Part shown: piece after piece, positions 23,656-36,280 of the stretch
Position numbering within the stretch: the first letter of the stretch is position 1
Layout of the letters: each line of letters begins with the position of its first letter
Assembly: GCF_000150275.1 (NCBI RefSeq)
Contig: NW_002060943.1
Coordinates: 6,874,299-6,938,298, forward strand
DNA: 64,000 bases
Source of the DNA: Trichoplax adhaerens
Lineage: Eukaryota; Animalia; Placozoa
Direction: 5' to 3'
The notes under the pieces: generated by a model
The model's input: only the letters and a program-made list of their open reading frames with translations
Databases searched by the model: none
Told to the model about the DNA's origin: nothing
Made by a program: the position numbers and the translations under genes

Positions 23656-24634
23656 GCAACTGCACTAATCTATAGCAATAATTGCTTTTAAATAAATTTA
23701 TAAATTTATTTAATATTAAGTTAAAATATACATGCAGTAGTACAGTATATAATAAAATTTCAATATTAATTATTAATACACAATATAATTCCATGCTTGC
23801 TTTATCGTTCTAATTTTATGGAAATAACTCATATTCTCCATAATAATCCTTTATGTGACCGTGTGGAATTGTAAAAGAAGTAAAAAACGGACGCGTTCCA
23901 ATTTATTCTCCACCATATATTTTGACTCAATAATGACGATGCCTATAATAAGGAAAGGGTAAAATTTATAAATCATGTTGGAGATCTAGTACCCTAAATT
24001 TCAGCACTCTAAATGTTCATTCATCTCCTTAAGGCAATTTTACACTCCTTTGTGAATTATTTCCTATGAATGTCATTAGCTTTAAATTAAAATATTTACA
24101 CATAATCCATTAATTTAATAAATATGTGAGATCTTTAACGTTACGACTCTGCATTTTCAACATGCTTTTTAGCTATATAATTTAATCCTAAAAATTTTAA
24201 TCAATTATTTTCTGTGAATAAAAAGATGCTTGGTCAAGTATTTGCATTGATCATAAAAGCAGGCGAATATAATTTTTTGAATTGAATATATCCATTATGA
24301 TGATTTAAAATTGAATATGTATTAGCTTGGTCTTGATTAAGTTATTTTTATGCGTAATCTTTAGCTTCTATCCTTCTCAGAAAGACTCACTAGCTGATTA
24401 AACTTACATAATACTCCATTAAAATTTCTATTTCCATAATTCGACTCATTTTATATGGTGCAGAATACGATATGCAAAACCATCACAAACTATGAGCTAG
24501 CGTTACTTACTACAGCTACGTATGCTTTGGGGCAATACTTTTTATACTGAATAATATACTACCCAGATACTTTCTACGCCTACTAGTTAAGAGCCCTAAT
24601 GACAGTAGTCCGTTGTGCATAAAAATTCTCTAAA

Positions 24635-25500
24635 GAAATAACTGATTCATCATTCTGTATGATAATTTATATGCTTACTAGGCATTCTTATTCATTATTT
24701 ATTTATTTAGCAATGTTAAATCCTTTCTGCAGTAACCTATAATAATGATTTAATAATGATTCTCATTTACAGAATTATGTGACCCCTTGTAGAGACGTAA
24801 AATACTACTGTATAATCTAGTAGGCAGATGAGATTATTGTTGTTTGTCATTCAACAGGCCAAGTAACTGATTGATTTAGGCTAGAAATCTATAATCTTAC
24901 TTACGCATATCAAATTTTGGTTATTAGCCTTGGAGTAGGGAAAGTATCAGTTGAATTTGACCGTACAGAATTATTATCTTCTTCACTTTCTACGATTATT
25001 AAGATAAATGAATGCAAATGTTCAAAGTGTAGCCTCTTGCCGGTAATAATTCTCCTAAGAAATAAGTTTAAATAAATTATTCATTATTCTATGCTCTACC
25101 GTATTTTATATGCTTACCAGACATTCTTATTCATTATTTATTTATTCATTTATCTATTGTAAAATTCTTTCTTATGACAACATATAATAATTATAATCAA
25201 TGATTTACACGTTCAGCATAATACGTCCCAGCCTAGAGCCATAAAACGCTACAACTCGGTCAGCTGATGCGATCATAGTTTCCTTGGCATGCAACAAGCC
25301 CAAGAGCTGATTATTTTAGGCTACAAGTCTATAACCCTATTCAGGTATATCAATTTTTAATAAGTAGTGTTGAAGTAGGAAAAATATAGGTTGAATTTAA
25401 CCACACTAAAATTATTGTCATCATCTCTCTACGATCATCAAGATAAGTGAATACTAATATTCAAAGTGTAGCGCCTTCTAGCCGGTTAGTTCTCTCTAAT
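24635..25500. repeat. Old two-copy tandem duplication, period ~440 bp
   Basis: attttatatgcttac..g.cattcttattcattatttatttatt at ~24665 and ~25104. Alignable through ttcaaagtgtagc...gccggt at ~25021 and ~25460. Confidence 0.85.
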
Positions 25501-25793
25501 ATTCTAACAAGCTTGGCAAGGAATTTAGATTTGATACTTTGTAGTTAATTTGATGTCAAGATGGTTTCTGCATCTGAAATATTTATTTGATTCATTTCAA
25601 GGAAGAATATTTTATCATTGCTGACTACTACTGTATAGTCCTTTTTGTTAATTGACTCTTGCTGATACATCTTTTTAATCGCTTGACATTTATCTAAGTT
25701 ATGAAGTGTCGCTCCTAATTTTACAGCAAGGATTGGTATCGATGGCTTATGTAATTTCATCAAAGCATATCTTACTTTAAAACGAAGAAACAT
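24750..25793 (-). pseudogene. Possible decayed TPR-repeat (kinesin-light-chain/TPR_12-type) gene relic
   Basis: Minus-strand pieces HKPSIPILAVKLGATLHNLDKCQAIKKMYQQES, LGLVACQGNYD, LGELLPARG...KVKKIIILYGQIQ and LGLLNDKQ..LY..IL resemble the HPxIAxxxNNLGxxxxxQGKYxEAxxMYQxSL consensus. Interrupted by stops. Confidence 0.4.
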
Positions 25794-26393
25794 TCATTTC
25801 CTTTTTGTTAATGAAATTGACTTCCAAAATTTCAACAAGCTGCATCATAATTTACCCTATGCGAACTTTGCAGGGTATATTGAATTATAATTATCATTTG
25901 AAAGAGAAATATATCGGTATTACCTTGATTACTTACTAAATTCGATATAAGCTGGAATATTTTTACTTTCCGCTACTGGAATAGCTATCATAGTGAGTGC
26001 AACTTGCAATTACAGTGCTTCCAAATAAGAAAGCATCAAAAAGATTGATCTAACTTATTAACTTATAAGAATTTACTGAAAGCAAATAACCAAGCTTCTC
26101 CTTGACTTGAAGCTAATCATTCAGTGCCTACTGACACTTTAGAATTAGCTTTAGTTAGCTAAGCTGTTTCTCCCCTTGAAATAGGACACCATTTTTATTT
26201 TACTACTTTTATTTTCGCTTATCCTGTCTTATATTCACTCATACGCTATTTTCTAGCTGGCGATAGCACTTAAAGACTGCAAACTTGAAACATTTCTGAT
26301 ACTTAGTCTCGGCTGAAGAACTATTCTTTCATCCAAAGATTCGTAATTGACTTAATTAAGATATTTTCAAAACATAATTGAAATAAATTTGTT

Positions 26394-29300
26394 ATGGCTG
26401 CTGGGACAGAAGCAGCTAGTCAAGATTTTTGTGCCGATATAGATCGAACTAATAGCGCAAGAAATAGTCTTGACCAAGATCAAAGATATCACGATGCCTT
26501 AGATACAACTATCAAATCAAGATTTGGCTATTTTAAATGGTCACCTGATTTTTTACAAGTTATCAATAAACCTCGTTGGTTGCTGTTTATTATAGCAATG
26601 TACTTTACTGTTGCTAGTATGCAAGTTACTGGGCTACGAGCTGTTGTTGTTAGGCCATTAGAACGTCGATTTAATATCACTAGCACTCAAGTTGGTCTCA
26701 TTGTCAGTGTTAACGAGATTACTGCTTCAGCTGGTTCAGTCCTTTTTACCTATTTTGCTTCGCAAGGGCACAAAGGTCAATGGTTGGGATATGGGGCTTT
26801 AACTTTCGGGATAGGGTCGCTGCTCTTCAGTACACCTCAATTTATCACCGAAAAATATGTGTATTCCGACTTAATTAATCAATCTGATCTTTGCAGCTTA
26901 TCTTCAGTTTTATCAAATACCTCTACAGGCAATACTTGCCAGCAAAAAAAAGTTTATTCTTCAGACTTATATACAGCTATTTTTATTGGAGCACAAATTA
27001 TTATTGGATTAGGCGTATCAACAGTCTATAATGTTAGTATTGCATATGCTGATGAAAACGTTAGCCCTAAATCATCTCCAATTTACGTTGGAATAATTAA
27101 TTCTATGGCAGCATTAGGTCCCGCACTAGGATTCTTATTAGGTGGAATTTTGCTCAATATCTACATAGATTGGCCGTCAACGCCGTCAGGTAGTAATTTT
27201 TGGAACTGTTTTAGAGATTTAGTAGCAATTTTAGCACCAGTATAAAAGTGTTATCAGTATTAAAGTGTAATGGAATCACCTTATTGCCAGTTTGTTAAAT
27301 TATCGTACGTAAGATAGTACTGTTTATATATTAATAAGTACAGTGTTTATCGATCTTAAATCAAAAGTAATTTTGCGAATAAACTAACATCAATTTTCAA
27401 ATAACTCGCTCATAAGAAAGGTATTTTTAATTTTTAGATCTGACTCCGTCGGATCCAAGATGGATCGGAGCCTGGTGGCTAGGCTATGTTATAACTGCTA
27501 TTTTACTTTTCTTGATTGCGATTCCAATGCTCGGTTTCCCGAAGCATTTACCTAATTATCAGCGCTATAGAGCTGAACGAAAAGCATTATCATCCGCTAA
27601 GGAAGATGTTGAATTTAAAAGGCGCCTATCTGATTTCCCGAAAGCGTTATATGAACTATTAACTAATAAAGTTCTTATGTGTACCATCATGGCTTTTGCG
27701 TTCGAAGAAGTTAATATTTCCGGATTATCTTCATTCTTACCAAAATATATAGACTCTCAATTCTCTCTTGGGCTATCAACATCCGTACTCATTGCAGGTG
27801 CCGTTACAGTAGTCGGTGGAGCTGGAGGAATAATTATTGTAAGTCATTAATTATTTACAGTAGCAGTCAAATTGGTGAGAACTTATAAATGGTAATTAAG
27901 TATCAGTAATCCATTACTAATAACCTAGATTTCTTTTATACTTAGGGTGGAGTTGTAATGAAATATTTGAATCTATATGAAGATAAAACGGTTAAATTCT
28001 GCGCCCTAATTTCGCTAATTGGGCTCTTTCTGAGCCTTGGATTGCTAATCAAATGTGATAGTCCGCCATTTGCTGGTGTAAATATTCCTTACCATACAAA
28101 CATAAGTTCCAAGTATGAATATTCATCAACTTTTCCAAATTAGTACAAGTACTAATTTTTTCATGCGCGTTTTTAGTTACAATCCATTATTTACTGCAAA
28201 CATTACCGGCAACTGCAATTTACCCTGCCATTGCAATGAAGTAAAGTACAACCTAATTTGTGGATTAGATGGGAAAAGCTATTTCTCACCATGTCATGCA
28301 GGATGTAGGAAAAGGATACTAAATTCAAAAACTAACATTATGGTAAGCGATTGAGTAGCGATGAAATCATGTTGCTATAGCGCAAATTATTGCACGAAAA
28401 TTAAGTTTGATGGCTAACTACACATTACACTGACGTAGTTAAAGAACATACTTAATCTATCTTTATTTGTAATTATTAAATGTTTCAGGAATACTATGAC
28501 TGTGAATGCATAAATACAAGCGATGACTTTCAAAGCAAGGAAGGCACATTATCCATCCCTGTTCGCGAGGCTTATGGCGGCAATTGCCAAGGATCATGTA
28601 GTCTGTCTATTCCTTTCTTTATCTTATTGGCCTTTATTATGATCTCAACATTTCTCAATGTAGCACCAGGAATGCAGATTATTCTACGGTAAAACCAATT
28701 AAAACGAATCAGTATTAATGATCCTCAATTAAAGCTTATACAACCTAGTAAATGCATTCGTTCAAATAAAAATAGATATCAACTACCATAGTCATCAAAA
28801 TATTTGATATTAACTCACAATCGAAAGGTGTATCAATGTTATATCCTTTTAATCAACAATTACAGTAGCCTTCTACTCCATCTCTACTAATTCAATTCTA
28901 AACATTTATAGTGTAATTTAGATTTAATTTTACTTATTCTTTCAGTTACTGTCGAATTAGTTTCAATTATATCATCTTTGATAGTAAAATTAGAATAATT
29001 TTTTATGGTAAAGTCAATGTACTGTGGAATATTTGCGTCTGTGATACAGTCTATATTCTGTGGGTTGACTTCTAAACAGAAATCACAATCTGGCAGCATA
29101 ATATTTAATACTATATATACTTATCGTAAAATATTCTCTATTAGTTTCTAAAATTTAAGGATAGCACGTATTTCAAGATATTAATAGCCAAGTTATTTAC
29201 GCTCACGAATATCGATCTATTCACTTGTAATATGTTGCCTCTAAAATCGAATTTTAGGTCTGTGCCAGAGAATCAAAATGCTTTTGCGGTAGGATTGATG

Positions 29301-29645
29301 GGTACTTTTGCCCGTTTAATAGGTGGCTTAATTGGACCGGTAATCTTTGGAGTTATTTTAGATCACTCTTGCTCACTGTGGGATGAAAATTGTAATCAGC
29401 GAGGATTTTGTTGGGCCTATCATAATGATACTTTAAGCTTATTAGTATTTGCTGCTATGGCTACTTTCAAATCTCTTAAACTCATAGCATATTTATTAGC
29501 TTGGCATTTCTATCCAGTTTCGCAAGAAAGTAATAAGCGAAATTGCTTTAGTGATAACAGATTGAAAGAAAAGAGTAACACAAGAAATATCTCAGATTCT
29601 CCTAAATCTAAAATTATGTTGATCACTAAAGTAACAACAGTTTAG
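26394..29645 (+). CDS. SLCO: SLCO/OATP transporter copy 5, 6 exons, ~705 aa
   Basis: Exons 26394-27189, 27438-27838, 27946-28112, 28177-28342, 28489-28688, 29258-29645; 2118 nt in frame. Motifs LERRF, TPQF, YADEN, DPRWIGAWWLGY, FLPKY, Kazal-like CNLPCHC..ICGLDG..YFSPCHAGC. Confidence 0.95.
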
Positions 29646-31192
29646 TAACCTTTTAGGCCTCTTTTATGTTTTTCTATTAATGTAAAGAAATATAATTCAC
29701 TGTTGATTTCGAGCTATTTTTTATAAATTACGCCATATGACTGAACATTTTACATTAAAATAAATCAGGAAAAATATTGATGTTGATTTAGTACAGTAGA
29801 AATAGGAATTTATTTTTAGCATTTAAACTATTTCTAAAGCATTTATGCGATGCTTTCATATAATTCTTGTATACATTCATCCGACTGATTTTAAAATGCT
29901 TATAACTATTTTAAAATAACCTTCGTTTTAAAAATATATGCATATTATCAAAAGCAATCATTTGATTATTTTATTGTCCTTGATATAGCAGTGTGACAGA
30001 GAGTTTGATGAGTCAGCGTTAGCGGTATTAGTTGCCATGCACAGAAATACATAAAGGCTTTAGTAGAAAAGCGATACTTTAATGTAGACTATAATTGCGT
30101 ACAATATAGTGGTTACGATAAAACAGTATGTAAACTGTCGTAAACTAACGTCAGAAAATATTAACATTGTGACTATTGCAACTAACGAAATCTGAAGTAG
30201 AAATCGCTGTACTGAAATAGGTTACTATAGATCTCTCCTTGTAGATTCGAGAGAAACAAATTGGTTTATATTCACTCTCTTTAAATACCGTATTTAAAAG
30301 TTTGAGATATAATACTGTAATCATAGTACTAACGTAAAGAACTATAATTAATTATACCCCAATTTATTGATACCATCAAATTACGCAGCGATAGTATCAA
30401 TAGATAACTACAGTATAATTATCCATTAGGCTAATTTATATTTTTAATACATCAACATACAGTACTACGATCATTTGAATTTGGTGCCAGTTACGCGGGC
30501 ACGAAAATAGCAAAGTCTTAAAATAATATTCAAGTAAATCCATCCCTTATACATCCTATACTATAGCACTATTATTAGTTTCTTACACGTTGAGAATATA
30601 TAATTATCCAATTCTAGTCAATTATTTTCATCATTTATTCGATACGTCAATTGATTAGATTAGAGATTTCCTGTAATCAAAACGTTTTTTGATTTATAAA
30701 TTTTACTTCGGAAAGTCAGTAGTATGTAATTTCAAAGATTCTTTGTTATATTATGACTGCTCTCCTTTCTATAGTATAGTTTGTTTCCTATACCTTCGAA
30801 AACTTTAAATTTGGAACCACTTGCAACTGAACACACAGATCCATGAGAAGAAGATTATAATATTATCAAATGGCTTTATCATAAGCAACAATATAATTTT
30901 AAGTCAATGTAAGCGGCGATAAAAATATGATATACTATCTTATAGGATCGAGAGTTATCAAAAATTATCATGTTATACGAGTAGTAGATCGTACAAAAGA
31001 AAGAATAGATTTAATTGATACAATTAATCAAATGAAAAAATTAAATACCGTTCATAAGAAAATATTTATTACAACTTAACATTAACTTAACAATAAAACA
31101 ATCTATGTATTGAAACATGCTTAATCTCAATAAATATCTCACCGAACATCAGTTAGTTTACTGAAATAATCATTGAAGTATGCAAATCGATT

Positions 31193-34100
31193 CTAGAAGT
31201 CATACTTTTCTTCTGTAGGTGTATCTTCTCGACTATCATTAGCATACTGAATTTGATACGTATCGGTTGTTTCTTTGCTACTAGCAGGTAGGTTCTTGTT
31301 TTTTTGCTTCGATGATTTAATCTCTTGTTTATTAAAGAAATACCATGCCAAGAAGAAGAATACCGCCGTCAGCGTCTTTAGAGTGACTAAGACAACTGTC
31401 AACAGTACACTCAACAGGTAATTATCATACTTCCAGCAAAATGATCGTCTACCACATTGCTCGTTCCAAAGTATACATGACTGGTCAATAATACTGCCAA
31501 CAATAAGTGGACCCGGCACAGATCCTAGTAAACGCAGTACAAGCCAATTAATACCTAAAGCAAAACACCGCTGACTTTCTGGTACGCATCTACACAACAC
31601 ACAAAGAAAAATGAATAAGTTAATAATAATAGTTAATAGCTTAGTTATTAATATTCTCGTAAGAATTAATAAGTTATAATACTAGTATTACTATTACACC
31701 ATAAGTTTTCGTTCTTAGCAATATTCGATAATAAAGCATTTCGATATATAAAGCAGTCGATACAAAGTTAAACTATAGTACAAACAGTTACAAAAATAGA
31801 TGGTCCGTTTACTTTTAATGTTCTTATGAGTCAATCTTATTACCTCATAATGACTTGCGATGCCGGGACTGAATTAAAATATGTTATAAACATGCTCAAT
31901 GATATGGCAATTAACACTGGAATGAAAAATTTACAGTTATTGGGGCATAGTTCACGAACAGCATCATAGGATTGGCTAGCCATCGTTGCAGAAGTATTGC
32001 CTTTGCTGATACAGGAACATGAATAATAATACTATAATTCAAGATAGCACATTACTCAATTAGCTTCGTTGTCGCCTGAGTAAATTATAAACTAAAGCTG
32101 CTGTACTATCGAATTTCTGTACGTTAGTACCAATATAAATTTTTGTAGAAACTACTAGATTCAAAGTCAGTATGCGAGAAACAACTTCCAACACTATAAT
32201 ACAGTGACAATTTGAGTAAGGTATTACGTTTATGCAATAGTAAAATAGCAATAGTAGAATTCTATTGAATATCCAGTGGTACAGTTATTATCAACGATGT
32301 TAATACCTTACTAGTACCATTGATTCGCGAATATGAGCAGCCAGCATAGCAAGGAGATGCATAAGATATACCATCGATACCACATACTGGATCGTAGTTT
32401 GATATGTAGCAATTGCAATTGCCATTACATCCTGATACAAGATTCCTAAAATAGTGTCCATCAATACTATCTTAGTACGAACGTAAATATTCTTAAAGTA
32501 CGCAATATTATAAAAATTAGAAAATTTGTCAATTTCTGCTATATCAAAAATGATACGAAAATTTAATTGCTTCGGTAAAATACAAACGACTATAATAGAA
32601 AATGAAATATTAAACATCGACTTTATCTGAATGGCTGAGTATACTTTAATAATCCTAATCCTAAACTATACAAAGTATTGTTACTTCACATAAAACTAGA
32701 CAATTAAATGTCTAAACGGTATGTCTAGCCCTCGATACTGTCTAGTACGGCCACTAAAGTGTTTAGACTTACTAGACGCTAATAACTAATCATGTTATGC
32801 ATGCATATTTAAGAATAATGTCGTATTCGAAAAAATTACTTACATGTTGGTTAATGATTGGCTAGTATTGTTAGCAAGGTACGATTTGGTTACCCCAGCT
32901 ATAGGAACATCTGAACAATTAAATAATATAAGAAGAGCACAAAATATCCCTGCAATGCCAACTGAGTAGCAGAATTTTGCAATCTGAACCGGACGCAATC
33001 TTTTTACGCGAACGACAACTCCTCCCTAAAATTACAGTGTATTTATATTATCAGTATTCTATTGAAAATTATGAAGGAACTGTTATACAGTATATATGTA
33101 AATATTTATGCGATCTTAGCAGCCTAGACTTCGTAAAACATTTTAAAAGAATCTATGATATCGCTGTATAACGTGATGAGTATACTTCCGCTAGGAAAAA
33201 CTGTAAAGTACAAATAAGTCATTTTCTAATAGGAATAGTGTGATATCGTTAGACGATACATTGCATTGTTAAGTTACTTGCATACAATATACACGTAAAT
33301 ACTAAGTAATTGAACGTACTAGCTGCATTCCACTTGCAGCTCCAATGACAACTAAGATGCCAGAAAGGAAACTTGCACGCGATGACGAGATGTTCATTTG
33401 AGTTTGTAGATACTTTGGAATGAACGTTGATAGTCCACCAACAGTCATTCCTATATTGATATCGCGAATGGAAAATATTAAATTTCTATACAGTAACTAC
33501 TAATAACTAGTACTGGGTAAATAATAAGAATAGACATAAAATTTCTAAAAATGTACATAATAAACTAAATAACTAAGTGATATGTGTATAGTTTCGTAGT
33601 AAGCGATATTGTTGCCATACCCTCTGTCGTAGCTCCAAGTGTAACGAATAAGAAAACCTTGTTTGTAACCAATTCTTTAACAGCTTTTGGTAGCTCTTTA
33701 ATACTATTGCCGTAGTTATTGTCAATTACAGATTTACCGATAGCAATCTTAGCACGCTTTTCTTTGTTTTTCTCGTATTCTGGTAAATGCTTGGGATAGG
33801 CTAGTAAAGGAACCGCTGTCATAGCCATTAATATAGCAGATAATACATAGCCAAACCACCAAGCGCCAACCCATTGCGGATCGGAAGAGTTGATATCTAT
33901 GATGGGCGAAAAACGATACTTTGATTATTCATTAGACTTAGACTAGTTTGATTATATGATTGTATATTTTTTATCCATTTTTCTATCATGAATTTACAGG
34001 CCTTGAATAATTTGATAATAACATAGTTGGAATGGTTAAGTTACAGATTGTTTTTGTAACCTTGTACGATTACCAAACATTCACTATTGGTAAGGGTCAT

Positions 34101-35062
34101 TCTAGCTAATTTCACAGCTACATATCATGTTACAGCTTACTGCAGTATTAATTCATGAATGCTTCAATGTAGGATAACGCTGTAGACCAATATTATAAAT
34201 AGGGCACATATTTCTATACCATTCATGTTAACTCAACTTTGGTCGTAAAGTAAATGAATATTCGTCGAGTCTATACAGTAATAACAATTCACTTGCAATT
34301 TAATGTCATGATACCTGTTGGTCTAGTAGGCCAATCGACAAAGAAATTTAAGAAAGCGCCTCCTAGTAAATATCCAGCTCCAGGTCCAAGAGAAGCTAAC
34401 GCGCCAAATACACCTATGTAGATAGGTGATGCTGTTGGGCTGACATTTTCGTCGAGATAGGGATAAGCGATAGTCCAAATAATTGTCGACCCCATACCAG
34501 AAATAAGTTGGCCCAAGGAGAGGATAATAAGTTGTACAGATGACGAAGATATCGCACCACTAGTACAGCTACCACTGACTGTTTCATCACATATACTGCT
34601 TACATTTAAAACCGCAGAATATTGATAACGTCCGTAAATGAAATGAGGAGAAGCAATAATCATCGATCCGACAGCCATTAATATGCTTCCAGTCGCTACC
34701 CATTTCCCTTTATGCGTATGAGCAGCGAAAAAACTAAATATAAAGCCAAATATAGCCGCTCCAACATCATACATGGCTGCCATAATGCCAATTTCGGTAC
34801 TGGTGAATCCAAATTGCTTCTCTAATGGTCGTGCCGCAGCAGCTTTTAACCCAGTAACTTGCATCCCAGCCAAAAAGACGAAGGCGCCGACATGAACTGT
34901 CAACCATTTGGCCGAATTACAACATTGTAACCAATCTGGCTGACATGGTCCATAGCCAAATTTAGCATTATATGGGGTCACATTGTCGTCATCTTGACTA
35001 GTTTTAATATATAATTTAGCAGAAGAAGAATTCTCGTTTTTACTTGGTGCAGTATTGGACAT
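31193..35062 (-). CDS. SLCO: SLCO/OATP transporter copy 6 (most OATP4-like), 7 exons, ~686 aa
   Basis: Minus-strand exons 35062-34315, 33896-33621, 33450-33320, 33025-32844, 32445-32307, 32031-31844, 31589-31193; 2061 nt in frame. Motifs DPQWVGAWWFGY, GATTEGMTVGGLSTFIPKY, RCVPESQRCFALGINWLVLRLLGSVPGP. Confidence 0.94.
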
Positions 35063-35824
35063 TTTTCAAGTTGGACTCAATGATAATTTAGTGTGGAATT
35101 GAATGGTAGACTAGTGAATACTAGTGCAAAAATTGGCCGTGTAATAAATAAAGTAAATTCTGGTAGTCAAGCACCTGTACACAACATCTACAGTAAATTC
35201 TTACGTTAAACTATCTGTGGTAGAGCCATAAAATTGCTTAATAATTGAACTTAGCAACAATTTCTTCGATCATGTATGACCAACATGGAAAAGAAATTGT
35301 CTAATTGAACGAGATACAACACTGCCGAAAGAAAATGTTTCTCTTATCCTATTCTGAATTGATTGATTGAAATGGCGTTACAACAGCTGATTCTCCAATA
35401 ACAAACCAGTTGGAGAATCCTGTCTTGCCTCTTGACCTTTTGATTTCTTAATAATAATGGACTACCAAGCGCATTACTGATCTACACCTACACTATCTAT
35501 AGGTTGTAGGCGTTCCAGGGTGTACTGCACCCATCAGACGTCATCGCTATTTTGCATAAATTACTTTCAAAATGGATGGGGGCCGCCAGCCGTTGAGACA
35601 GTAGACAGCATTTCTTGACAAGTGGATGCTAGCGATGCCCATTGAATTTTTGGGTGTAGTATTGTCAACTCTACTTGCATCCTGTAGTACATTCGTCTAT
35701 GCTGTGCAGTATATATAGAAATAGTCGAGTTCGACGAATTTCGATTCTACTGTACTGTATATATATACAGTAATTATGGATTGATTGATTTTTTTTTTTT
35801 TTTACTTTGTAATGCCCTGGGCCC

Positions 35825-36280
35825 CACCCAGTGCACCCCAATTGTACATCAAGCTGTTGAAGCTGTGGTCAAATTGCCCAGTAAGAAGAGACACCGTGTT
35901 GTACTGTACACTCAGTGTACACTATGAACAGTAAAACACCCCAGTGCACCCCAATTGTACATCAAGCTGTTGAAGCTGTGGTCAAATTGCCCAGTAAGAA
36001 GAGACACCGTGTTGTACTGTACACTCAGTGTACACTATGAACAGTAAAACACCCAGTGCACCCTAATTGTACATTAAGCTAGACCTGACGATCAAGCTGT
36101 TGAGGCTGTGGTCAAATTGCCCAGTAAGAAGAGACACCATGTTGTACACTATGTACAGTACAACATCCAGTGCACCCCAATTGTACATCAAACTGTTGAG
36201 GCTGTGGTCAAATTGCCCAGTAAGAAGAGGCACCATGTTGTACAGTACTGTACAGGAGGGAACACCATGTTGTACTATAC
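35825..36280. repeat. Minisatellite, ~113-bp unit x ~3.7, inside a GC-richer island (~35500-36620)
   Basis: The unit ccagtgcaccc(c/t)aattgtacat..a.ctgttga.gctgtggtcaaattgcccagtaagaagag.cacc.tgttgtac starts at 35828, 35941, 36053 and 36167. The first two units are near-identical. Confidence 0.93.
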
